From Terriglobia bacterium (GTDB taxonomy: Bacteria; Acidobacteriota; Terriglobia; Terriglobales; Acidobacteriaceae), in the NCBI GenBank assembly GCA_963742495.1, contig CAVULZ010000006.1, positions 93,428 through 157,427 of the forward strand: DNA of 64,000 nt. The letters are read 5' to 3'. A program made the translations under genes and the position numbers. The notes beneath the pieces are model-generated. The model saw only the letters and a list, made by a program, of their open reading frames with translations. It searched no databases and was not told the DNA's origin. This document shows, piece after piece, positions 10,227 through 18,629 of this stretch (positions are counted from its first letter, which is position 1; each line of letters starts with the position of its first letter).

Positions 10227-11999
10227 ATGAATTTTTTTTCGCAGCCGTCTCGTGCACTCATTACGGCCGGCAGACTGGCTGCGTTTCTGGTCATTCTCGC
10301 TTTTCCGGCTTCCGCCGCCGACCCCCGGAATACTGCCCCCATCGCCAACTTCACCGATATCGCGGAAAAGGCGGGCCTGACCTTGTCCAATGTCTTCGGA
10401 GGGAAGGAGACAAAGAAATACATCATCGAGACCACCGGAACCGGCGTTGCAATTTTCGATTATGACAACGACGGTTGGCCCGACATTTTTCTGGTGAATG
10501 GAACCACTCTCGAGGGCTTTCCCGCGGGAAAGGGACCGGCGCCCAGCAATCATCTCTACCGCAACAATCACGATGGGACTTTTACAGACGTGACGGCGAA
10601 GGCCGGTTTGACGGCCACGGGCTGGGGGCAGGGCGTCTGCGTTGGAGACTACGACAACGATGGATGGGAAGACCTCTACGTCACTTACTACGGGAAGAAT
10701 CGTCTTTATCACAATCAGAGCGGAGTCTTCGCGGAGGTGGCTGACCAGTCCGGCGTTGCGGGGACGGGGAAATCCTGGGGCACAGGATGCGCCTTCGTGG
10801 ATTACGACCGCGACGGCCTGCTCGACTTGATGGTGGCGAATTACGTGGACTTTGACGTGTCCACCGCACCGGCGCCGGGGGAACGAGCGTCCTGCGTGTG
10901 GAAGGGAGTTCCAGTGATGTGTGGCCCTCGCGGGCTGACACCGGCCAAGAATATTCTTTACCGCAATCTGGGCAACGGCAAGTTTGAGGACGTCACCACG
11001 AAAGCGAAAATTGATCAGACCAACGGACACTACGCCTTCAGCGTCTCGACTCTCGACTTCGACGACGATGGCTGGCCTGACATTTATGTCGCCTGCGATA
11101 GCACTGCCAGCATTCTTTACCACAATAACCGCGATGGAACATTTACCGACGTGGCGGTCGTGGCAGGAGCTGCGTATAACGAGGATGGCCGCGAGCAGGC
11201 CGGAATGGGGTCAACCATCGCCGATTATGACGGCGATGGGCGCCTGGATATTTTCAAGACAAATTTTTCCGATGACACCTCCACCCTCTATCGCAACAAC
11301 GGCAACGGCACCTTCGATGATGTAACCTTCGCAGCCGGCCTGGGGCTCTATACCCGCTATCTCGGCTGGGGAACGATGTTCCTGGATTTTGACAACGATA
11401 GCTGGCCCGACCTGTTGCTGGTCAACGGACACGTCTATCCCGAAGTCGATAAGCAGAACCTGGGCAGCAGCTACCAGGAGCCGCGCATCCTCTATCACAA
11501 CAACGGGGACAAGACCTTCAGCGACATCTCCGCCCAGGCCGGGCCAGGAATCACGGCGGTTCGTGCCGGACGAGGGCTGGCGGTCGGCGACCTGTGGAAC
11601 GACGGTCGCATTTCGGCCGTGATCAGCAACATGAATGCACTTCCAAGTCTGCTGGTGAACCAGGTGCGCTCGTCCAACCATTGGATCGGACTTAAAGCCG
11701 TCGGAACGAAATCCAATCGGGACGGAATTGGCGCGCGGGTCACGCTGAAAGTGGGAGCCCGGTTGTTAGTTAACGAAATCCGCAGCGGCTCGAGCTTCGA
11801 CTCGAACAGCGACATGCGCATGCACTTCGGCCTCGCAGCCGCGACGAAAATAGACTGGATCCAGGTCCGCTGGCCCAGCGGGCTCACCGAACGATTCGAA
11901 AACGTTGCTGTGGACACAATTCAGACGCTGAAAGAAGGTTCGGGCGCAGCCGTCGCGACCGCCATAGGAATTCAAAAGGTTGGTACCTTCCCGAAGTAA
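10227..11999 (+). CDS. CRTAC1-family protein: FG-GAP/VCBS repeats plus ASPIC/UnbV-like C-terminus, secreted
   Basis: Trimmed to ATG 10227 (signal peptide ...LVILAFPASAADP). Repeated motifs include DYDNDGWPDIFLVNG, DYDNDGWEDLYVTYYG, DYDRDGLLDLMVANY, DFDDDGWPDIYVAC, DYDGDGRLDIFKTNF and DFDNDSWPDLLLVNGH. The C-terminus reads NRDGIGARVTLKVGARLLVNEIRSGSSFDSNSD. Confidence 0.85.
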   Translation: MNFFSQPSRALITAGRLAAFLVILAFPASAADPRNTAPIANFTDIAEKAGLTLSNVFGGKETKKYIIETTGTGVAIFDYDNDGWPDIFLVNGTTLEGFPAGKGPAPSNHLYRNNHDGTFTDVTAKAGLTATGWGQGVCVGDYDNDGWEDLYVTYYGKNRLYHNQSGVFAEVADQSGVAGTGKSWGTGCAFVDYDRDGLLDLMVANYVDFDVSTAPAPGERASCVWKGVPVMCGPRGLTPAKNILYRNLGNGKFEDVTTKAKIDQTNGHYAFSVSTLDFDDDGWPDIYVACDSTASILYHNNRDGTFTDVAVVAGAAYNEDGREQAGMGSTIADYDGDGRLDIFKTNFSDDTSTLYRNNGNGTFDDVTFAAGLGLYTRYLGWGTMFLDFDNDSWPDLLLVNGHVYPEVDKQNLGSSYQEPRILYHNNGDKTFSDISAQAGPGITAVRAGRGLAVGDLWNDGRISAVISNMNALPSLLVNQVRSSNHWIGLKAVGTKSNRDGIGARVTLKVGARLLVNEIRSGSSFDSNSDMRMHFGLAAATKIDWIQVRWPSGLTERFENVAVDTIQTLKEGSGAAVATAIGIQKVGTFPK

Positions 12000-12113
12000 C
12001 CTCGTGCTAGAATTCGCCCCTGCTTCATTAAGTGCGGTGCTACCCAGGAGTTCAGAGACGGGCGCAACTCCAACGCATCGAGCGGTATGCGACAGTTCAG
12101 AGTCGGTCATAAC

Positions 12114-14699
12114 ATGAAACGCCCAAGGTTCTCTCCGGTTGCGTTCCGATTGACCCTCGCGACCGCCCTGTTGACGGGTTTGGCCTTTCCCGCACATGCG
12201 GGCGAGCCGCCGCGCCCCATGGAACTCTCGCGGACCGACCGTCCCTGGGAGTTTCTGTCGTCCGTGGGCCAGCGCGCGGGACTATTTGGGAACGAGACGG
12301 GAAACGTCGAAGCCTGGGTTTATCCGCTGAAAATTCTGCGCGACTTCCATCTTCGATTCCTGGTGGATGGCCGCGTGATTCCGGCGGAAGCGCTGGCTCG
12401 CACGTTCACGGTGCGGCCGGAATCCAGCACGATTCTCTATGCCGGCGACACGTTCTCGGTGCGCGAAACTTTCTTTGTGCCGGTCCACGAACCCGGGGCC
12501 GTGATCATCATTGCCGTTGAAACGGCGCGGCCCCTCGATGTGCAGGTTGCTTTTGAGCGAGATTTCCAGCTGGAGTGGCCGGCTGGGTTGGGTGGGACGT
12601 ACTCTTTCTGGGATCCGAAGCTGGGGGCTTTCTACTTCGGCGAGGAGCAGAAGAAATTTTCCGCTTTCGTTGGCTCCCCCACCTCCGGCGAGGTCCATTC
12701 TGAATACGACACCAACTATTCCAGTTCGAAAGAGAACTCCTTCCATCTGGGCGTGACCAGCAAAGGTAAAGAGACCAAGGTCGTGGTGATCGCCGCCTCA
12801 GTTAAAGGCCAGGCAGAAGCGGAGGCCGCATATCGTCATCTCACGTCCGACTATGCGGCGCTGCTGAAAGAGTCTGCGGAGTATTACCGGGCGGATCTGG
12901 AAAACACCGTCAGCGTCGACCTGCCCGATCGTCAGTTGCAGAGCTCCTATGACTGGGCGCGGGTGAGCATGTTGCAAGGCCTGGCCACCAATCCCTTCCT
13001 GGGCACCGGGCTGATTGCGGGATATCGAACTTCGGGCGGAGGCCAGCGTCCGGGTTTCGCCTGGTTTTTCGGACGGGACGCGCTCTGGACATCGCTGGCC
13101 CTCGATGCCGAGGGCGACTTTGCCGCCACCCGCGTGGCGCTGGAATTTCTGAGCAAGTATCAGCGCGCCGACGGCAAAATGCCGCACGAAATTTCCCAGG
13201 GCGCAAGCTTCGTTCCGTGGTTCACCGACTATCCATATCCGTATGCTTCCGCCGACGCGACCCCGCTGTACATCATCACCATGAACGATTACGTGGTTGC
13301 GAGCGGCGATTTGGCGTTTGCCCAGCAGAAGTGGGACAGTTTGTGGAAGGCTTATCAATTCCTCCTTTCCACGTATGATGCGCAGGGACTGCCGCAGAAT
13401 TTTGGCATCGGTCACGGGTGGGTGGAAGGTGGCCCGCTGCTGCCGGTCCATACCGAGCTTTACCAGAGCGCGCTGGGGGCGGAGGCCTTGCGGGCGCTAT
13501 CCAGCCTGGCCCATCTGACAGGGAAGGAAGATCTCAGCAAGAAACTTGGCGAGGACTTCTTACGCCAGCAACCTTTGTTGAACAAAACTTTCTGGTCCGC
13601 GGAGAAGAAGCGGTTTGCTTTTGCTCTCGATCAGCAGGGTCAGCAAGTGGACGAGCCCAGCGTGCTGGCCACCGTGCCCATGTGGTTCGGCCTGCTGGAC
13701 GAGGAGAGGGCCACGGCGATGATCGCCGAACTCGCGGCACCCGAGCACGAAGCCGACTGGGGCATGAGGATCATTTCCTCGCACGCCGCCCGGTACAGTG
13801 CCGGCGGCTACCACTTTGGGTCGGTGTGGCCGCTGTTTACCGGATGGGCAGCGGTCGGCGAATATCGCTACCATCGGGCGTTGCCGGGCTTTTCCAATCT
13901 TATGGCCAATTCCCAGTTGGTACTCGATGGATCGCTGGGGCATGTCACGGAAGTTTTGTCCGGCGATTACTACCAACCCCTGTCCACCAGTTCTCCGCAG
14001 CAGATCTGGTCGGCGGCCATGGTGGTCAATCCGCTGCTGCGCGGGTTGTTTGGTTTGCAGGTAGATGCCGATTCGCATCGGGTTACGCTGGCGCCGCACC
14101 TTCCCGCGGACTGGACCTGGTTCACCGTCGATAACGTGCGCGTGGGTGCGGCATCATTGCGCATGGCATATCGCAAGACTACCGACGAGATTTCCCTCAC
14201 GGTTACGCGCAGCGGCAGTGGCGACTGCGCCCTGGAGTTCGCTCCCGCGGTGAGCCCGCGCGCCCGGATTATCGGGGTCGAGATGAACGGCCGACGAGTA
14301 CCGTTCCAAATCAAGAAGACCGAAGAGGACCAACACGTCGTTACACAATTTCCCGTCTCCGCCGGGGAGAATACTTTGCGCATTCGCCTCAGGAACGACT
14401 TCGGGTTAAGCCTCTCACCCGCGTTGCCGCCTCTGGGGAGCACGAGCCAGGGCTTGCGCGTGCTAGCGGAGTCGTGGACGCCCGCAGGGGACGCTCTCAC
14501 ACTGCAAATGGCCGGGGCGCAGGGCAAGAAGTATGAACTTGGGATATGGAATCCGGCGCAAGTGGCGTCCGTGGAGGGCGCAGAGCTGCTAAGAACGAGC
14601 CCAGAAAACGCCAGAATCATCGTCACGATTCCAGGGAATGAGTCCGACCCTTACCCTCGTGAGAGAATCGTCATTCATTTCACGGGCAAGGCGCAATAG
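12114..14699 (+). CDS. secreted (alpha/alpha)6-barrel glycoside hydrolase, glycogen-debranching/amylo-alpha-1,6-glucosidase-like (COG3408-type)
   Basis: Trimmed to ATG 12114 (signal peptide MKRPRFSPVAFRLTLATALLTGLAFPAHA). The core motif is GYRTSGGGQRPGFAWFFGRDALWTSLAL...LEFLSKYQRADGKMPHEIS. The exact family and substrate were not determined. Confidence 0.65.
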   Translation: MKRPRFSPVAFRLTLATALLTGLAFPAHAGEPPRPMELSRTDRPWEFLSSVGQRAGLFGNETGNVEAWVYPLKILRDFHLRFLVDGRVIPAEALARTFTVRPESSTILYAGDTFSVRETFFVPVHEPGAVIIIAVETARPLDVQVAFERDFQLEWPAGLGGTYSFWDPKLGAFYFGEEQKKFSAFVGSPTSGEVHSEYDTNYSSSKENSFHLGVTSKGKETKVVVIAASVKGQAEAEAAYRHLTSDYAALLKESAEYYRADLENTVSVDLPDRQLQSSYDWARVSMLQGLATNPFLGTGLIAGYRTSGGGQRPGFAWFFGRDALWTSLALDAEGDFAATRVALEFLSKYQRADGKMPHEISQGASFVPWFTDYPYPYASADATPLYIITMNDYVVASGDLAFAQQKWDSLWKAYQFLLSTYDAQGLPQNFGIGHGWVEGGPLLPVHTELYQSALGAEALRALSSLAHLTGKEDLSKKLGEDFLRQQPLLNKTFWSAEKKRFAFALDQQGQQVDEPSVLATVPMWFGLLDEERATAMIAELAAPEHEADWGMRIISSHAARYSAGGYHFGSVWPLFTGWAAVGEYRYHRALPGFSNLMANSQLVLDGSLGHVTEVLSGDYYQPLSTSSPQQIWSAAMVVNPLLRGLFGLQVDADSHRVTLAPHLPADWTWFTVDNVRVGAASLRMAYRKTTDEISLTVTRSGSGDCALEFAPAVSPRARIIGVEMNGRRVPFQIKKTEEDQHVVTQFPVSAGENTLRIRLRNDFGLSLSPALPPLGSTSQGLRVLAESWTPAGDALTLQMAGAQGKKYELGIWNPAQVASVEGAELLRTSPENARIIVTIPGNESDPYPRERIVIHFTGKAQ

Positions 14700-14740
14700 A
14701 GTCGAGCCATGCTCGAACACTAATTTATGCGGAGAGAGAC

Positions 14741-17323
14741 GTGATGCATTCATCTCGCAAGACCCTCTTTGTTTTTGTTTTTCTTTTCGGAGCGATTATC
14801 GCGGCAACCGGTTCGGCGTCCGCACAGGCCGCCCCGGCTTCGAAGAGCACCACTAGCCTTGAAGCGGTAACCAGCTCGCGACCGCTACGTGACGGCATCG
14901 AGATTAAGGCAGGGGCGGCGAGTTTGCGCATCACCGCTCTGCGGGACGACATCCTGCGCGTGCGCATCGCCCCAGAGGGCGCATTCCCGGAGGATTCTTC
15001 GTGGGCGGTTCTGCCTGGGCCGCACAGCAAGTCAGTCAACGTGCAGGCGATGAAGGATGCCGCCTCCGTCGGTTTCCGCACCGCGGCGCTGGACGTCCGG
15101 GTCGAGCGCAATCCCCTCCGCCTGGTCGTCCGCGATCTCGCCGGCAACGTCATTTCGGCGGATGCGGTTGGCCGCCCCACTGAGTTCAGGCTCGGCGGCT
15201 TCTCCGTCCACAAAGCCATGCCCTCCGACGAACACTACTTCGGCCTGGGCGACAAAGCGGGCACATTCGACCGCAGGAACCAGGCCTATACCCTTTGGAA
15301 TACCGATATAGGCACCCAGGAATCGATCGACCCTATTTATAAGAGCATCCCCTTTTTCCTGGCGATTGGCGGCGGGCGCAGTTATGGGCTATTCCTCGAC
15401 AACACCTGGCGCACCTGGTTCAATTTCGGCAAGCAATCCCGTGACTCCTATTCTTTCGGGGCGGAAGCCGGCCCACTCGATTACTACATGCTCTGTGGCT
15501 CGACCCCCAAGCAAGTGGTCGAAGGCTACGCTTACCTCACCGGAACCCATCCGCTGCCTCCGCTGTGGACTCTCGGTTTCCAGCAGTCCCGCTACAGCTA
15601 CACTCCGGAATCCCAGATTCGGGAGGTCGCCGGGCGTCTGCGCGCGGACAAAATTCCGTCCGATGTGCTCTACCTCGACATCGACTATCAGGACCGGAAT
15701 CGACCCTTCACGGTCAATCCTCAGACGTTCCCCAATTTCCCCGGGCTGGTCTCGGACCTGCGCCAGCAACACTTCCACCTCGTCCTGATTACCGATCTGC
15801 ACATTGCCCGCATCCCCAACCAGGGCTACACCCCTTACGATTCGGGCGAAGCCGGGAACCACTTCGTGAAGAAAGCCGATGGCAGCGAATTCGTCGGCAT
15901 CGTGTGGCCGGGCCCGGCTGTCTTTCCTGATTTCACTCGCGCCCAGACGCGCGACTGGTGGGGCGGGCTCTATAAAGAGTTTGTTCAGGATGGCGTGGCC
16001 GGCTTCTGGAACGACATGAATGAGCCCGCGGTCTTTGACGGACCGGGCAAGACCATGCCGCTCGATAACATCCATCGCATCGAGGAGCCAGGTTTTGCCA
16101 CCCGCACCGCGACCCACTCTGAGATTCACAATATCGTCGGACTGGAAAATGCGCGCGCCACCTATGAGGGCCTGCTCAAGCTGCGCCCCGACGAGCGCCC
16201 GTTTGTCCTCACCCGCGCGACTTTCGCCGGCGGACAAAGGTATGGATTCACCTGGACGGGAGACAATTCCGCTACCTGGAACCACCTTCGCCTTGCCACC
16301 CAGCAGCTTCTCAATCTGGGCCTCAGCGGCATCTCTTTCGTAGGGGATGACATCGGCGGATTCAATGGCTCGCCTTCACCTGACCTGCTCACTCGCTGGA
16401 TCGAGGTCGGGGCCTTCAACCCCATGTTCCGCGACCACACCACCAAAGGATCTCTGATGCAGGAAGTCTGGGTGCATGGCCCGGAGCAGGAGGCGATTCG
16501 CCGCCGCTACATTGAGACCCGCTACCGCTTGCTGCCGTACATCTACTCACTGGCCGAGGAATCCGCGCGCACCGGACTCCCCATGTTGCGTCCCATATTT
16601 CTCGAGTTCCCCGAGGTGTTCACGCCGCCATCCAACGGATTCGGCAATCTCGACACGGAGTTCCTGCTGGGCCCCAGCCTGCTGGTGGCTCCGCAGCCCT
16701 TCGCGGAGACCCTCGACAATTATGTTGTCTCGTTCCCGAGCGGTCTGTGGTACGACTTCTGGACCGGCCTCAAGACACCGATTCCTCCTCCAGAACCTTC
16801 CATTGTGCAAATTTCCAACGATATCGCCAAAAACGGACCGGGAACTCCCTACCCATTCCGGCCCTTCATTCACCCCACGCTGGACACACTACCGGTATAC
16901 GTCCGGGGCGGAAGCATTCTGCCGCTCCAGCCCCTGGTACAGAGTACGGATGAAACACCGAACGGCCCGCTGGAGCTTCGGGTTTATCCCGGCCCCCAGT
17001 GCAGCGGTTCGCTGTATCTCGACGACGGCCACACTTTCCGTTACCAACACGGCGAGTTCCTCCGCCAGACATTCACCTGCCAGTCCGACGGCGACTCGGT
17101 GCGGGTCAACTTCGGCAAACGCCAGGGAAGCTACGCCCCCTGGTGGAGCACGCTGGAGGTTGTGATTTACGATTGGCCGAATGCTCAAGCTGACGCCAAG
17201 CTATCCGTTGGCACATCGCAGCCCAAAACGTCCTATGACGCGCCAGCGAGCGCCCTTCACGTTTTGATCCCGGATATTGCCGGGGAAGCTGAACTGCGCA
17301 TCGCAAGCCGCCCATCTCACTAG
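14741..17323 (+). CDS. GH31 family alpha-glucosidase/alpha-xylosidase-like, secreted
   Basis: The nucleophile-region signature GFWNDMNEPAVF and the second acidic region FVGDDIGGF are present. The signal peptide is LFVFVFLFGAIIAATGSASAQA. GGAGAG lies upstream of the GTG 14741 / ATG 14744 start. Confidence 0.9.
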   Translation: MMHSSRKTLFVFVFLFGAIIAATGSASAQAAPASKSTTSLEAVTSSRPLRDGIEIKAGAASLRITALRDDILRVRIAPEGAFPEDSSWAVLPGPHSKSVNVQAMKDAASVGFRTAALDVRVERNPLRLVVRDLAGNVISADAVGRPTEFRLGGFSVHKAMPSDEHYFGLGDKAGTFDRRNQAYTLWNTDIGTQESIDPIYKSIPFFLAIGGGRSYGLFLDNTWRTWFNFGKQSRDSYSFGAEAGPLDYYMLCGSTPKQVVEGYAYLTGTHPLPPLWTLGFQQSRYSYTPESQIREVAGRLRADKIPSDVLYLDIDYQDRNRPFTVNPQTFPNFPGLVSDLRQQHFHLVLITDLHIARIPNQGYTPYDSGEAGNHFVKKADGSEFVGIVWPGPAVFPDFTRAQTRDWWGGLYKEFVQDGVAGFWNDMNEPAVFDGPGKTMPLDNIHRIEEPGFATRTATHSEIHNIVGLENARATYEGLLKLRPDERPFVLTRATFAGGQRYGFTWTGDNSATWNHLRLATQQLLNLGLSGISFVGDDIGGFNGSPSPDLLTRWIEVGAFNPMFRDHTTKGSLMQEVWVHGPEQEAIRRRYIETRYRLLPYIYSLAEESARTGLPMLRPIFLEFPEVFTPPSNGFGNLDTEFLLGPSLLVAPQPFAETLDNYVVSFPSGLWYDFWTGLKTPIPPPEPSIVQISNDIAKNGPGTPYPFRPFIHPTLDTLPVYVRGGSILPLQPLVQSTDETPNGPLELRVYPGPQCSGSLYLDDGHTFRYQHGEFLRQTFTCQSDGDSVRVNFGKRQGSYAPWWSTLEVVIYDWPNAQADAKLSVGTSQPKTSYDAPASALHVLIPDIAGEAELRIASRPSH

Positions 17324-17690
17324 TTTCTGAAGGCCTGACCTCTGGGAAGAGGCCCGAGGCGTCTCGACTGTAGCTCCCACATTGCCGTCTCTGGCCACTG
17401 ACTGCCAACTTTCCCGAGTACGCGATCGTCCTGGCGAGAAAGAGTTTCCGGCCACCGGTCTCGGTCACAGGTTCCCAGCGCCGCGCTCGATTTGGTCAGC
17501 CCAATTCGGTCGCTTGGTTGCAGTTGGAGACATGCTGCTGTCAAGGCGCCGCGTTCGCCTTCTTCGGATCAGTCAAGAGTGCGCGAAGAGTATGGAATGG
17601 CTGTTGACGGGCGAAGGTCGACAAATGAAGTGTGAGTGCCTGAGCCTTCTGCGAATTCTAGCCGGACGCAATGGCTTACTCTATATCGCC

Positions 17691-18614
17691 ATGCAACGCC
17701 TTGCACTGCTGCTTACACTGCTCGCCACCACCGTCTGTTTTTCGCAAGCGCCCGTTCGCGTCAAGGTCAACCTTGTAAACGTATCCTTCTCGGTAAGGGA
17801 TTCCCGCGGGGCGCTGGTCGAAAACCTGACCAAAGACGATTTCGAGGTTCTGGAGGACGCGGTTCCTCAGAAGATTGCTTTCTTCTCTCGAAGTTCCGAC
17901 GTGCCGCTCACCCTAGGATTGATTGTGGATGCCAGCGGCAGTCAGGATCATTTCTCCAAGCAGCACAAGCACGACCTGGAGGTGTTCCTGCAAGATGTTC
18001 TCGGGCCAAAGGACCGTGCCTTCATGCTGTGCTTCGGAAACCATCTGCGCCTGGTGAGCGACTTCACCCACTCGAGCGCCCAAATTCTGGATGGCCTGGA
18101 TCGCTACCAACACGATGGCGGGCATTTCCCGGACCTGGGCCCAAAAGAATCTCGCGACCTGGGCACAGCGTTTTACGATTCCATCTTTTACTCGGTAACC
18201 CAAAAGCTTGCAGATGAGGAGGGGCGGCGGGCCCTCCTGATCTTCAGCGACGGCGAAGATAACTCCAGCTCTCACGACATGATGACGACGATTGAAACTG
18301 CGCAGCGCGCGAACGTCATTTTGTTCCCCATCCGCTATACAGAGAAAGAACACGGCAAGCTAACTGCCCGCAATAAATACGGGATCGCCGTGATGGATCG
18401 TATCGCGAAAGAAACGGGCGGCACCACGTTTGACGCGGAAGACATCGACCCGCACACGTACTTTCATCAAATCGGCGAGGAACTGCGTAGCTCCTACGAC
18501 CTGGCTTATTATCCGAGCAATCCTGTCAAGGACGACTCTTTCCGCAAGATCGTCATCCGCCCCAAGCAAGATGGGCTCAGGGTTCGCTCCAAGACGGGAT
18601 ACTTTTCGAGATAG
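17691..18614 (+). CDS. VWA domain protein of the acidobacterial VWFA-related type
   Basis: Trimmed to ATG 17691 (MQRLALLLTLLATTVCFSQ). The N-terminal module is VNVSFSVRDSRGALVENLTKDDFEVLEDAVPQKIAFF. A MIDAS-like DxSxS motif is present (LIVDASGSQ). Confidence 0.85.
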   Translation: MQRLALLLTLLATTVCFSQAPVRVKVNLVNVSFSVRDSRGALVENLTKDDFEVLEDAVPQKIAFFSRSSDVPLTLGLIVDASGSQDHFSKQHKHDLEVFLQDVLGPKDRAFMLCFGNHLRLVSDFTHSSAQILDGLDRYQHDGGHFPDLGPKESRDLGTAFYDSIFYSVTQKLADEEGRRALLIFSDGEDNSSSHDMMTTIETAQRANVILFPIRYTEKEHGKLTARNKYGIAVMDRIAKETGGTTFDAEDIDPHTYFHQIGEELRSSYDLAYYPSNPVKDDSFRKIVIRPKQDGLRVRSKTGYFSR

Positions 18615-18629
18615 ACTCGCGCATTCGCA

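Noticed and set aside
10197-11123. A 308-aa antisense ORF inside the CRTAC1 gene. Similar long antisense ORFs occur at 4063..4950, 13560..14099, 15389..16285, 23181..24158 and 62599..63807.
   Set aside because: These are typical shadow ORFs of GC-rich genes. They are fully nested opposite strongly motif-supported genes, with Arg/Gly/Val/Asp-rich composition and no recognisable domains or RBS.
17382-17690. A 103-codon N-terminal extension of the VWA gene
   Set aside because: The signal peptide and conserved N-terminal module begin at ATG 17691, and the extension is not protein-like. The same logic was applied to the extensions 5878..6009, 27016..27273, 41731..42048 and 60274..60387.
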